From NCBI RefSeq assembly GCF_037042905.1, contig NC_087252.1, positions 5,768,001-5,832,000 on the forward strand: a DNA stretch of 64,000 bases, given 5' to 3'. The position numbers and the translations under genes are program-made. Shown piece by piece: positions 1 to 13,725 of this stretch; the first letter of the stretch is position 1; every line of letters starts with the position of its first letter. A model generated the notes under the pieces. That model had not been told where the DNA came from, made no database searches, and was given only the letters and a program-made list of their open reading frames with translations. The DNA comes from Lytechinus pictus. Its lineage: Eukaryota.

Positions 1-650
1 GGCATTTGGTTCATTATCTGTATTGAGCAGGACAGGGGATCAAATAAACCAAACTCTCTGATTAAAGCTTGTTTTAAAATGATTGATACAATAAATGGTG
101 GATTCAAAATGGGAAAGGAGTGAATGAGCCAGAATGATAGGGGGAGATGCAACAGGAGAGAGCGAAGAGGGAGAGAGAAAAGGGGAAGTTTTGTGGGTGT
201 GTGTGAGAGAGAGAGTGGGGTGGCAACCATGAAATACTTGGAAGAGATAACAGCGCGTCCCACACGCACATTAAAACGAAATATGTTCTAACCTTTGCTA
301 GTGGTATATATATGCTCACTTTTGCTGGATAATGTACAGCCTAGATTACTTCAGTCAACATGGAAGCCAAGGTGAATTTTAATACGTGTGTAGACTTGCG
401 GAATAATTTGTGGGTTAACATGACTCCCGTTTCTTTTATTAATCTATGCATAACTAATTCATTTGTTTATTCTAATTCCTAAACTTATATTCTCTTCCTG
501 TTATACGCTTAATGTTATTTTTTTTTCACTTTACATATTTAGTTAATATCCTTAGTTACTATCCTTTATAGTTGAAGATGCACTCGCGCGTATGTTGCAA
601 GTTTTATGTAGCAATTAGCAGTCAGAGAGTAAATCTATGCTTCATATCAA

Positions 651-1423
651 CTGGGTTCCAAAAGAAACTGATTAAACTTTACAAGGGCACTGCACAAATT
701 CGACTCTTTCAAAACGAAAAATTGATTTTTAAATGCAGGCTAACTTCAATAATATTTTCTGAGCACATGTCAATAATTAAGAGATTGTTTCAATCAAAGA
801 GAGGCTACAACCCCTACATTAATTGATTTCAAAGTCACTAATTAGCAAAAGAAAAAAAAATACAAATAAAAGGGATTAAACACACTTTCGTTATTTACAC
901 ATGTACTACAAAGGCATGTTTAAGTGATTGGCCTGATCATACTTGAACTATTACACAGTCACCTAAAGGTCCCCCGGAGGGGGGGGGGGGTGTCCCGGTA
1001 AACAGGGAATAATCTGAACACGGCTGACTGAGATACACAGTGACACACGCTGTGGTCAGATTATCCCCCGCTTACCGGGACATGCCAGGGGGGGGGGTTG
1101 TATGTGGGCTGTGCGATTGTTCCAGTCATTTAATCGTCTTAATGTTAATTTCCTGTAGCTTCTTTTGTAATTGACTCAATAACTTAAACATGACTGTTAA
1201 CGACGTGTGCAAAAACCAGTAAGTTTGTTTTAAAATGCAATCCCGTTTTCATTGGTCTTCCTTTAGACATTTTGTGACTTGAGATTATAAAACCATTTCA
1301 ATTATTAACATGCGATTAGTCAAGACTATTTAAACTAGCCTGTGTTAAAATATTGTTCATTTTGACTGAGTCGAAACTGTGCAGTACCCTTGTAAAAATT
1401 AATCAGTTTCTTTTGGAACCCAG
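651..1423. mobile_element. Long foldback/palindromic MITE
   Basis: ctgggttccaaaagaaactgattaa... (about 651-742) is inverted at about 1336-1423; inner arms gtcccggtaa..ataatctga / tcagattat..ttaccgggac. Confidence 0.7.
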
Positions 1424-2299
1424 ATAATATTTTGCAGGTAATTATGCACGAGTTTCCTAAAAATTGGTCATATCCTCCAAAACTGTCCTTTCGTATCCGG
1501 TCAAAGTATATGCTGCGTATGGTTATTAGCGAAGGAAGGATAATACTAAGCTTCTCGCTCATCCTTGTCCAATATTGCTTAAGGCGACGGTTACAACCTA
1601 ATTCCACCTCCTTCCATCCAAATTATTACTAATTGCAGCAGAGGTAGACAGTCAATTAGGAAATTATTTAGCTCGACAGCTCATTTATTTGATATGAGTG
1701 TATATGAGCACTTTGTATTTCCGCCATGGAAAATGTATTTAATTTCATGAGAAATTAACACTTAAAATATGTACTACATAACTAAAACAAAATAATAAAT
1801 AGACTTACTTTCTTCTTGGGTTGAGATATTTCACGTTATCTCCACGTTGTGCCATGGTTTTCTTTCGCAGGAATTGGTTGTTCACCCGTTTTTATTACAA
1901 AAACAATGATCCAGTTAAAACTAAAGCTTCCGTTCAAAGATTTAGACATGTTAGAAGGAATGATGTATAGTCTCTTCTGAATAGGCCTTTAACAATTTAT
2001 GGATATTATATTGACAGCAACAATTGTGAAAGTAATAAGAAGTAAACTCGGTAGAAACATGACAGAACAAGGACGAAAATGAGAAATTGACAAAAGGAAT
2101 ATCAAAGTACACGCAGACACTCGTCTTTGTTGGCAAATTCTCTGATTTGTATTTATTAGCATATCAGAGACCGGGATCAGAGAATCTATACGGATCTATT
2201 GAAAGTGGATAAGTTTACTTGACAGACATGCTGGCAGACTGAACGAGCAAGGGTGTGGGGTTTTCAAGCAAGCGCTGTCTATTAACCCCAACCCACTTA

Positions 2300-2478
2300 C
2301 TGGGTTAAAGTGGAATAAAGTAACGTTTAAAACTATGGGTGTTAAGTTCCCTTTGGATACCAATCAGAATTATAACCTTATCAATTAAATCAAACTTCGA
2401 TCCAAGAAAAATACAATGAATTGTTGGCAGCCAAGACATTTATCGTTGGCTGAAAAGATTGGTGTAGTAATGACTTTA
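2300..2478 (+). mobile_element. Degenerate L1/Tx1-like non-LTR retrotransposon ORF2 fragment
   Basis: Hand translation gives GLKWNKVTFKTMGVKF and KNTMNCWQPRHLSLAEKIGVVMTL, resembling the post-RT W..R.LSL.GK motif. Confidence 0.45.
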
Positions 2479-4048
2479 CATTGTTATGACTTTCTATGCT
2501 GTAAGGCCTATCATTAATGTGTATTGTGTACTAAAACATTTATTTTTTCATGCGATTGTAAAAACTAATTTGATTGCTATAAACAAATCGAAATTAAATG
2601 ATAAAATCATGCCGTCGCGAAAACCGATAACCGATTTGTGCTAAATTCAATGACCGCTTCGCTAAAGAAAGGCATTGTTCATCAGTTGAAAAGAAACTAC
2701 ATTAATTTTAATGAAAACTTTGTAATTTTTTTAAGCAGGAAAAGTGAATAAAAAGCAGAGATATCCCCGAGTGCACGAAATCCGTCAAATGTTAAAGCAA
2801 GGAAAGTTAAAATCAATGCTATACTAGCGATTTTAGCCGGAAAATCCTATATTTTGAGGGAAAAAGTCGGTCGCTGTTGTATTTCATTGAAAATTAATTG
2901 AAGAAATATAATTTCTTATGAAAATCCAGATAAAATGTGGATAACGTACAATTGTATGGTAATGGTAAGTAAGATATTTTAATATCTTATTAAAACAAAC
3001 AATCATACGGGTGGAGATATAAATCAGTGTGTGTCTTTGTTTGGCACGGATAGTCTACTATCCATACCAAAAAAGACACGCACTAAAACAAAGTGTGACA
3101 ACACTATATTTCAAACTGTGATCACACTGAGTTCACATAGTCGATCAATTCGGAAAGCTTTGAACGTGTTCACACCGTAGGTCACAGCGTGATAACACAG
3201 CGTTTCACAGTGTGGCAACTCGTGGCCTTGAGAAGTGTGACCTTCATTTTTTAATGAAACCTTTTTTATTTCTTTGCTTTTCAAATTTTTCGGGATCAAA
3301 ATGACGTTCATTTTTTTAGTAAAACTTTTTTTTTATTTTTTTAAAATAAATCAGCACCCCTAGTAAAAACAGTTTCCAGGGCCGTGTGGCGACTATGGGG
3401 TCCCCCGGCAAGGGCTGCCCTTGCAATGACCTATTAAAAGTCGGAGAAGTTGTTGAGAAACCTGTAAGGAATAAAGTGTCAGATCTAATTTAAATCAGAG
3501 CCTACTACTGTAGTAATAGATTAATTCGACCCCGATTGTTTTTAATTAGGTTTCACCCTCACGTGGGGCGTCAATTTCAGTTAACAATATTTTGTGAGAT
3601 AAATTACACATTGATAGATAATGTCAGCCCTGCGTCCAGGTAATTTTACCACCCGGCGAATAAGTCCCTTAATCTGGATGTTTTTACATCAATCGTTAAG
3701 TGAGAAAGAAACCTTATATATGATGCAATTAATTCAATAAATTACTTTTTTGAGCGAGGCCTATGCTAATTGGAGGCTTGAGCCACTTCGTAGGCTGGTT
3801 TTTACCCTCGCCTTCAAAAAGGAAGGTTGAAGTTTCGAATATATACGTGTTGATATGGATTTAGCCAGAATATATCTGCATTGTATTGCTCTCAACCCAG
3901 GTGAAGTGAATGGTTGCAAGACAAAATTGATTTCTTGCACTGAGCACTGTAAGCGACAGCACGAGTAATTATCCCGGGTTTATTATACAAGTGTACTTGG
4001 AATTGACTTTTTTTAAGATAGACAGATATGTAATGCAATTAGTATTTA

Positions 4049-4280
4049 CTAGTGTATCATTATCGTTATCATATACATTTTTATTGTCATCACCATCAAC
4101 ATCACCATCATCATAATCAAATTTTTAATCGAATTGAATTCAACAATCATCGTCATTATTATTGATGATATTCTCACGATGATTTTTATGATTATTATGA
4201 TTATCATTATTATTGTCATAATTATCATCTTCCTCATCATTATTGATAATGTTATAATCGATGTCATCGTTGCTGCTTAT
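4049..4280. repeat. Degenerate (ATC/ATT)n low-complexity tract
   Basis: Seen directly; explains the Ile/Met-rich ORF. Confidence 0.8.
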
Positions 4281-5923
4281 ATTATTAAAAGAAATTAATT
4301 TCATATTCCTACCGATATCTTTATTGGTCTTTTGTCTGAGAAAGAGAGAGAGAAAAAAGAAGTTACGTTCCTTGCGATTAGTGTATCATGGTTATTTACA
4401 CTTGACCAAGAGGGCGCACATCCTCCTCGTGAAATGTCCTTGAAACAGAGAAAAAAGGAGTTACTGAGGCAAAGCTGACGAGCCAAAAACAAAAGTACAC
4501 ATGGTCAAGCTTTCATACTGAGACAAGTATCGTTCTAAGTATCGTTTCAAGCAATGTTTTTACTGTTTGGCAAATTTGTTTGATTTTTGAGAGCATTATG
4601 TTAATCCCTTTCATGAATATATGAATATTTCTGTCATAAATTACCTCAACATGCTCATTCTAGAAAACTTTAAAAAAACATTCAAAAATCCATTTTATTC
4701 AGAAAGCGTAAAATTAATAAAAAGATTAAATTACTTGTATACTTATGCAATGTCTGTTTATACTCGATTCCCCATTTTTTTTTTATAATGTGTAATTTCA
4801 GGATCATCAGTTTATAAGTTCTTAGTAACATGTGCATGATCATTTCATTATTCTGCATATATTCTTAAAAGAATAATAATTTGCCTTTTATGAAATATTC
4901 AACACTTTTATTTCAATGTTTTTTAATGAATGTTTGTATGAAAGTGCCAAATATAGTTTAAATTTAAATTTAAATTTCACGCTTGTACTGCAACTTCGCG
5001 TAGCTACTAAAACAAGTAAAAAGGGAGAATACATTTACTAAATAAGCAAAATTATTTGAGTAATATAAAAATGTCCTATCAACATTTTAAATCTGTTGAC
5101 TGTCCGGCTAAATAAGGATATAAACTTTTGATAAAAAAGTCTCAATTTAAACTAATGATAAAAAAGTAAACGAGTGAACTTATCTAGCAGTTAATAATTG
5201 CAGATAAATATATAAACACACACACACTCACACAGGAAAGCCCACCAAAATGAGTTCCTCCAAATAATCCTGACATTAGCACAAAGATTTTGGTTCGGAT
5301 TAGTATTATCAAAGAAGGGTCGATCATTTGCTTATTTTTTAAAGGACAAGTCCACCCCAACAAAAAGTTGGTTTGAATAAAAATAGAAAAAACAAGCATA
5401 ACACAGAAAATTTCATAAAAATCGGATGTACAATAAGAAATTTATGACATTTTAAAGTTTCGCTTAATTTCACAAAACAGTTATATGCACATCCTGGTCG
5501 GTTTGCAAATGAGGAGACTATTAACGTCATCTACTCACTATTTATATTGTATTTTATTACATGAAATATGAAATATTTCAATTTTTCCTCATTGTCCAGT
5601 GAAACAATGATTAATTCCTCCATGAACATGTGGAATTAGCATTGTTTAATACTATATGGTTGAGTCAAGTTGGTCCTTGATGTCAAATCTGTAAAATATG
5701 AAATATTGTATAATTCAAACAATAAAAAACAAAAAAAAAGTGAGAAAGGGACATCATCGACCGTCTCATTTGCATGTCATTGAGTTGTGCATATCACTGT
5801 TTTGTGAAAAATAAGGGAAACTTAACAATTTCATAACTTTTTTATTTTACATCCGATTTTGACGAAATTGTCAGCGTTATGCTTGTTTGATTATTCTCTA
5901 TTTATTTAAAAAGTCAAAAAGGG

Positions 5924-5962
5924 GCCTAAGCTTTCGATCCTAGCAGAATCTTCGTCGGAGGC
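5924..5962 (-). ncRNA. Second (inverted) copy of the hammerhead-like motif
   Basis: Exact reverse complement of 7524-7562. Confidence 0.6.
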
Positions 5963-7523
5963 AAAATGACAAGCATTTAAAGTGGAACAACCATAATATA
6001 GACCACAGACAAGCTACAGCAACACTAGAAACAAGGAGACAAAAGGGGCATTAGTGAGTAGAGAAGACCAATCAGGTTTAGTGAAGGGGATGAAAGAAAA
6101 GGAGTAGGCAGACACAAAGGGAAGTAAGTGTAAGTAAGGCCAGTAAAAGACCTCAAGCCAAGAGGGATTAAGATAATGAGGCAGGCAACATCAAACAGGA
6201 TCTGGAACAAAACAGTGATAGTGGGTATGAGGAAGAGATGAATAACAAGAGAATTAGTGAGAGGTGGGTCAAACAGGTTACAAAGAAAGGCATAATAAAC
6301 TGGTGCATAAGAGTGGGGAAAAAAAGGAAAAGAATGGGGAACAAATGATAATGTGCGAAAGACATATAAGTATATATGATAAAGCATTAAACAAACTAAG
6401 AGAAGAAGGTAAGTGTAAAGATGTATCTATGAGTGATATGTATATAAAAAAAAAGAAATGAATATGAAAAAATATAAATACACATATGGTGTAGGGCATC
6501 GAATCTTTAGGTACCCGTCCTGACTCAGTCCGTACTAGCAGAGAGAAGTTCTGGATGAGACGACTTCGCACCACCCAACCTCATGGCCTGAACATCCAAG
6601 AGGGGAACGACTGATTATTCTTTCCTATCCACTTTCATTTTATATATACATATATTTTTTCCTCTCGGCTCTTTTGAATAGTTACATTATAGTTTCTTCC
6701 TCTACTTTCCTCCCATATCTCATACAAGCTCAGCTCCAATTTTTCCTTCCTTATTCAGGCGATATAATAAGTATTATACATGTATATATATTTTTTGTCT
6801 CCACTCACCTCTTTTAGATTTACCACATTTGCTTATTTACATGTATACTATGGTTTCTTCATAATACACCCCTCTCTTCTATATTTGCTTTTACCTTTTT
6901 AGGCAATTTGCTTCCTCTTTTTCACATATACAGGGTTTTTTTTCCTACTATATAGTCTTATGTTTTTTCTCCGTCACACCTATATATTACAATATCAGTT
7001 ACACCATATGTGTATTTATATTTTTTCATATACATTTCTTTTTTTGATATACATATCACTCATACCTTTACACTCACCTTCTTCTCTTAGTTTGTTTAAT
7101 GCTTTATCATATATACTTATATGTCTTTTGCACATTATCAGTTGATCCCCATTCTTTTCCTTTTTTCCCACTCTTGTGCACCAGTTTATTATGCCTTTCT
7201 TTGTAACCTGTTTGACCCACCTCTCACTAATTCTCTTGTTATTCATCTCTTCCTCATACCCTCTATCACTGTTTTGTTCCAGATCCTGTTTGATGTTGCC
7301 TGCCTCATTATCTTAATCCCTCTTGGCTTGAGGTCTTTTACTGGTCTTACTTACACTAACTTCCCTTTGTGTCTGCCTACTCCTTTTCTTTTATCCCCTT
7401 CACTAACCTGATTGGTCTTCTCTACTCACTAATGCCCCTTTTGTCTCCTCGTTTCTAGTCATGTTGCTGTAGCTTGTCTGTGGTCTATATTATGGTTGTT
7501 CCACTTTATATGTTTGTCATTTT

Positions 7524-7562
7524 GCCTCCGACGAAGATTCTGCTAGGATCGAAAGCTTAGGC
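7524..7562 (+). ncRNA. Variant minimal type I hammerhead ribozyme-like motif in the Penelope pLTR
   Basis: GCCT-CCGACGA-A-GATTCT-gct-AGGATC-GAAA-GC-TT-AGGC: helix I GCCU/AGGC, 6-bp helix II, palindromic AAGCTT helix III. Confidence 0.6.
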
Positions 7563-8449
7563 CCCTTTTTGACTTTCTAATTTACTCCATTGGCTCTCTT
7601 TTATTAGATAAGCAGTTTTCAGCAGCTTCTTTTTGCCATCTATTTATTTAAATCAACACTTTTACTAGGTGGACATGACCTTTAAAGTAGCATTACATAT
7701 CAAAGAACGCTTGGGATATATTTTGATTTCATGTTCTTGCGAAAGAATCAGGCATTCTGAATGAAATGTCAGCATGCATTTCATGATTTTAATCAAGATT
7801 GTCTAAAATCATTTCCCTTACTCGGCTAAAAAAATAAAAAGGTTAATATGTCCCTTGCAACGATATAACTCACGCGAAAAACCTTTTCGAGTTTTATCTT
7901 GGTGAGTATCTGTATAAAAGGTTTTATCTTATTCACAAAAGGATTTCATTTTCTAAAAACAAGATATCCTTAAAATAAATCATCGTCATAGTCATCAATA
8001 CAACAGGCAAGCATCATTAACAATATGATGGTGTACCCAATTGGACAAGCATTTTAAACATTAATATTCTACTTTTACGCCTTGTTTTTTCTCTCGTTTT
8101 AATTGATTTTTAATACCTCTTAGTGCAAGAACAGGGCACAATATTTTGAACAATACGATAAAGGCCGTATTATTTGTTTTTCCTTATACATGTATATGTA
8201 TGTAGATATAAATATATTCTGTTTTAGTTACTTGAATAATATAAAAATGATAAAGTTCTTATAATCAACCGATGAGGATAATGTTTGAAAAAAAAATCGT
8301 GAATATACATGTAGACCTAAAATTTTCAAGATTGAGATAAAAGGTGCTTGACCCGATGGTTATGACCAATAATGTCAAAGACATGCCATTTTCTTTTAAT
8401 CAGAACAATCTAAGCATGGAAAAGAAGAAAGAGTAAGATAAGAAGAGAG

Positions 8450-8600
8450 CGTCCGATCAGGATAGCCGTGCTAAAGCCGATGTAATAGTATGCAGCGCGT
8501 AGAAACCTTTGCATTAAGCGCCATATAAATGTTGCATATTATTACTATCATTATTATTATTTTTATCATGATTACTATTATTATTGTTATTATTATTATT
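8450..8600 (+). mobile_element. SINE 3' fragment with (TTA)n tail
   Basis: gctaaagccg...gcgccatataaatg + tta repeats, similar to the tail of the SINE at 22032. Confidence 0.5.
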
Positions 8601-9873
8601 ATTTAAATTTTGTTACTAAGGCCAGATCGAGACAGACGAGGGAATGTTGTGGGGGTGGTAAAGAGAGCGGAGGGGTAGAGATTGGGAAAGAGCGCGAGAG
8701 AAAGCTGGGGAGAGGTTGATAGCGCAAGAGATGTATAATATATACCTTTATTATAATGGTATAATCCCGTTGAGATGACAACGAACATGATCAATTGATA
8801 CACAACGCCGATGTATCGTATGGTAAGTTGGATTATAACGTTGTTAATTGCGAACAAAGACGTTAGCCCTCAATTATTCAGGATTGGAAAGCCATCTGCC
8901 CGACGTATATTTCCATCACCTTTGAAATACATGATTAATCCGGAGCCAGTCGACTGTGTAACATACAATCTGCCCAAAATATTAGCTTACCCGATAGTCT
9001 GGGCAAGATAATCAAATGCAATGGTACAGCTGCTGGGTAGTTATTCTCCCATGCGACACCCTCTTAATTAGAAACCGATTTATTTGCAATGAATAGCTAA
9101 TAAGAAACCATCTCTCTTCATTCTTCGCTTTGCACTCAGCCTCATTAGAGGCCAATTGTAAGCGAACACTTTAAACATAGATTATATATGTTCTACATCA
9201 AAGAAACTAATTACTATACAAATCGCAACAAGGCAAGTTTTATGCATGTTTACAGCTTAATAGCTGAGTTTTTTTTTCGGAACGTTCCAAATCACAAACA
9301 TTGAAATAAGTATCATTGTGCCTTTCATCTACAAGGAAAGGGTGTGCATACATGTATACATCAGTCACATTCCACTTCTACGTGTCTCTTCTAATAAGTA
9401 CTACACATGAAGGAAAAACAAAATGTCATAAGACTAAAAATGTGCCGTCGTGTCATTATCTACTTAGCCAACCACTCTGAACATCGTTTTTTACGTCAAA
9501 CTTTTCAATCAAATGCAACAATGAATTAATGGTTGGTATAATGTACTAACATAAGGGTTTAATGGCTGTTGCGTGGCATTGATTTGTTAATGGGGCTTAA
9601 TGCCACTCTATACCTATTCATCTCATTTCACCAATAGCCCTTCAACCCCTTCTCACTTGTCCCCATTACAATCTGATTACTTGATTAACAATTGGTACTG
9701 ATTCCCAACATCAAGTAAATATGGAATATCGTCAATGTTATTTGAAATCGAGTTTGGTGCACATAGCGGACATCGTGATAAAGTGAGTAGTATTTGCTAA
9801 TTACTGGAAGTCGTGGACAATATATTGTAATGGTTGTATTGTGGTTGACAACGTGAAACGAGATATTAAATGT

Positions 9874-10027
9874 CAATGGGGCCGCGGAACGGGCCGTGGA
9901 AACGGGGGGGCTGCGGGGACACTTAAAAAAACCTGTGTACAAATATCGAAAAGAGAAAATACCATCTGATTATGATTTTTTGCATGGTCACCCCCCTCCC
10001 ACTTTGAAAATCGTTCCCCGGCCCCTG
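9874..10027. mobile_element. G/C-run MITE (family with CAGGGGCC termini), copy 1
   Basis: ggggccgcggaacgg ... cgttccccggcccctg; the body is shared with the copies at 22497 and 53197. Confidence 0.65.
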
Positions 10028-10179
10028 TATCAGTCATGATATTAACACTAGTCATAGTAATAACATGTATAATAACAGGAGTCGTGTTGTTATCGTGGGA
10101 TCAGTGGTAGCATCAACTATCGTAAAATAATGAGACGATTTCGACCAGGCAAGAAGGGAAAGACGAAATCAATCAAGCA

Positions 10180-10545
10180 GGAGGAGGAAGAGGAGGAGGA
10201 GAAGAAAAAGAAGAACAACACCAACATTACAACAACGAAAAAAAAACAGAAGAAGTAGCAGAAGAAAAAGAACAAAGGGGATAAGAAGAAAAAAAGGATG
10301 ATGCAAAGGGAAAGAGAAGAAATAAAAGAATGAGGAAGGAAAAGCTTCCTGGGAGTATACATGGTATAGTTTGCATCTGAATAGGTTATTTCTTCTTTCC
10401 CCTTTCTTCTTCTTCTTCTTTGTTATCTTTCCTTCTCCTCCCCCTTCGTCTTTTCATTCATCTCTTCCTCCTCCTCCTTCTCTTGATCCTCCTTTCCATC
10501 TCCTTTTTATTCTCATTTTATTCTATTTTCATTTTATTTTTTACT
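10180..10545. repeat. Purine-rich then pyrimidine-rich low-complexity tracts (GAA/GAG, then CTT/CCT)
   Basis: Seen directly. Confidence 0.75.
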
Positions 10546-12067
10546 TACTGAAAATAGAAATTGTATATTGTAATTTCTTTTACTACTTTTACTACTACGA
10601 ATAGATGCTATGTAATCAGTATTGCATTAAAACAATTTTGCGAAGGGGTCCTTGCACACTATGTTTTGCTGTTTAAGTATTGAAGAAATGGGGCTTCAAA
10701 CATTTCACATATCCTGCAACGGAGCATAGATTTGTGTAAAGCCGAGATGTTGTGATGCATGGCATGATAATGACTGTACCAAGCGTTTCTATATCAACCC
10801 GTAATGGATGGACCGTACCTAGACATGGCAGATAACAGTACATACGGCACTCTGATGGAGGATGTGGTATGACCAAACAAATTAAGTGTATTGGAAGATA
10901 ACAAGACGATATAGAACAGGCAGAATGGGCTTAAGACGTGACCTTTTAGGAGCTGATTTGACTTTCAGGGGTACAGAATAGGGGTGGAAATGTCAAAAAA
11001 TCGTTGCACTGAAGTCTGGTTTAGCATCACATACGACCCTATGTGTTATTATAGAGACCATTTAAAAGGTACTTTTCGATATTGAAATGGTAATGTTCGT
11101 ATTACACAGGAATAGGCTGTATAATTGTTGCTATTATTATTTATTTCTGTATATGACATGTGTCTGAACGATGAATGATGATGGCGCGGGCGGTTACATC
11201 CCAAAACCCGGAAGAGTGTGTCGTCTGGCAGTCAATTATGACGTAATCCCTTGCCGTGCGTGTCTGCATTTTGAAAGATGAGTGTAAATGCACCTGTACG
11301 AAGCAAAACACATCTCACAGTAGTGCGTCACTTAGTAAATCATAAAAAGATTCTCGACAAAAGTTGACTGTTTCTAACATGAAAAAAGTCAATAAAAAAG
11401 TTGCTTACCCGACCGCCCTTCGTTGTGTAGATTTCACGATATACATGCGGCAATACTAATTTAAAATCCCCTTTGGTTGGTACAGTATTAATCCGAATAG
11501 AATCTGAGATGGTGGATTCCCTTTGTATCAGTGGAGATACGGGTAGTGTCACTACGATGCTAGACGAGAGCTTCCAGTAATATTCCTACGTTATTAACAA
11601 CGTGTGTGAGTGGTAGCTGATTGTGCGAGGGTGTGTGTGTGTGTGTGTATCTGTGTGTATGTGCTATCGGAGGTAGGATGAAAGATGACGCCACAGACCA
11701 TCCGGCACGGTACACTTAGTACATGTTATTAGCTGAGCGATGCGGGGTATTCCTATCGCTTTTGACGCGTGGAGAGACATAGTCTACGCACGCATTCTCT
11801 TTCCAAACACTTTAATAAACCGACATACATGTAGTAGAAAATCAATCGAGGACTAATCAATTAAAGACGTATGCCTAATGGAAACATGGTTATGTCGTTC
11901 GATATGTCCCAAGGGAAACAATTTTCCAATTTAAAACGTAAAGAAATAATGAGATATTTTAAAACTATATTGTAATCACTATGGCGATGACAAAGTATTT
12001 TAATCAATTATCGAGAGAGCTGGTGGATTATGAGTTATCTTCTATTATTCCGTAGTTGTGGTATATA

Positions 12068-13115
12068 CAGCGCGTCCCAAAAAAAATGTCCCTCTGACAT
12101 AGGACTGAATTAATGATAAAATGTGGTAGTATTTTCAAATAAGAGTTCATGAGTAGAAAGCTCATTTCATGATCTAACTTCTATGAAAATTTCATTGGTC
12201 TCGCTTCAGCGGTTTTGAATACACACTCTGTTACGTAACAGTGGTGCATTTTAGCCCATTCCAAGTTTGCAGCATTGATGCATATCTGCATTGTCTATGG
12301 CATGTTAACCCCCATTTTTACATCCAGGATCTGAGCAGGGACATTTCCCTAATCATATCCAGGCTCATCAAATTATAAACTTGGGCATGTTCAGAAGGGC
12401 AAGAAATATAAAAAAATAAAGTTTTTTGATGATTGATAAGGGGAATCAGTGCACCAACTTGAAAGAAAATGTGAATGATGGATGAGTAAAATAAGCTAAA
12501 AAATAAAGGGGAATCCGCAAGTTAAACACCCTTTGCGAAAAAGGAACTTTACCAGAGAAAAAATTGACTTTTTTTCTTTTAAAAAGTTATATGTACATTG
12601 AATTAACTTGACCACAGTAGCTTATTAACTAAAAAAAAAACAATAAAAACAAAAAAATGCAGTATTAGGCATGAATTAGGCATGAAACAAACATGACCCG
12701 TTGTCTTAATCATTGTGCATCTCCCATTTTCAAACATGAAATGAGCTGTCAAATATTGTTTTTGCCCTTCTAAACATGCTCAAAGTTGTGATTTGATGAG
12801 CCTGGTTAGATCATGGAGATTTCCCTGGTCAGATCAGGGAATTCCTTGGTCAGAATGGTCAAAGGGGGTTGATATGCTAGAAAGTGCAGAACACACAGTA
12901 GTGCTGCATGCATGCAAACTTGGAATGGGCTGAAAAGCACCACTTTTACATAATAGACTGTGTATTCAAAACCACTGATCCGAGACCAATGAAATTTTTA
13001 TAGAAGTTAGAACATGAGATGAGCTTCCTAGTTAAATACATTTCATGGAGAATAATTTTTATTTTTTGAAGTAATTTAGCCCCATATAAGAGGGACATTT
13101 TTTTGGGACGCGCTG
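12068..13115. mobile_element. Tc1/mariner-type MITE, 1048 bp, TA target duplication
   Basis: TA|CAGCGCGTCCCAAAAAAAATGTCCCTCT ... AGAGGGACATTTTTTTGGGACGCGCTG|TA; long imperfect internal palindrome; no ORF. Confidence 0.88.
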
Positions 13116-13419
13116 TATATTGTGTTGTTCTTGCGCGTTCCAAGTGCTTTAGATTGATGATGAAGGATACATGGATTTGATTAATGTAAACAAGACCTAG
13201 TATGGCAAGTCACAGTTGTGGGGAGAAAGAAAACAACAGAAGAAAAGAACCGAACACATATTTGAATACAGAGAATGGTTGCTTGGAGACGACGGTACAC
13301 AAATACTATCATATATTACATTTCATTCCCATTAACAAATTAGAACCCTTCGCCTCATAGAATACTCTTTACTTTTTTTCCGGCATCATCCTGTTGGTAT
13401 TAGGGGTATCAAAAGTATG

Positions 13420-13725
13420 ATCTTCATCAACATCTTCGTCATCATCGTCTTTGCCGTCATCACTACCACCACCATCACCACCACCACCATCATTAACATC
13501 ATCACTGCCGCCATCATCCCCATCTCACCATGATAATAATCATCGTCATCATCATCATCATCTCCACCAGCATTACCACAACCACCACCACCACCACCAT
13601 CATCATAATCATCACCACCACCACCAACATCATCATCATCATCACCACCACCACCACCACCACCATTACCACAACCACCACCACCATCATCATAATCATC
13701 ACCACCACCACCACCACCATCATAC
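13420..13725. repeat. Compound (CAT/CAC)n microsatellite with an internal ~75-bp duplication
   Basis: Seen directly; source of the His-rich ORF. Confidence 0.9.

Larger units (their letters stand above)
5911..7638 (+). mobile_element. 5'-truncated Penelope-like element with inverted 5' pseudo-LTR copy
   Basis: 6495-6614 encodes a GIY-YIG C-terminus, GIESLGTRPDSVRTSREKFWMRRLRTTQPHGLNIQEGND*. 5910-6493 is a near-identical inverted copy of 7000-7576. The 14-bp direct repeat TCTATTTATTTAAA lies at 5897-5910 and 7639-7652. Confidence 0.85.
5343..7681. mobile_element. TTAA-flanked Kolobok-type non-autonomous DNA transposon interrupted by a Penelope-like insertion
   Basis: TTAA|AGGACAAGTCCACC ... 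GGTGGACATGACCT|TTAA; long imperfect inner inverted arms (about 5400-5520 vs 5760-5890). Confidence 0.75.

Noticed and set aside
6025..7411. Paired hydrophobic ORFs (120 aa minus, 96 aa plus)
   Set aside because: Both are readings of the pyrimidine-rich Penelope pLTR and its inverted copy.
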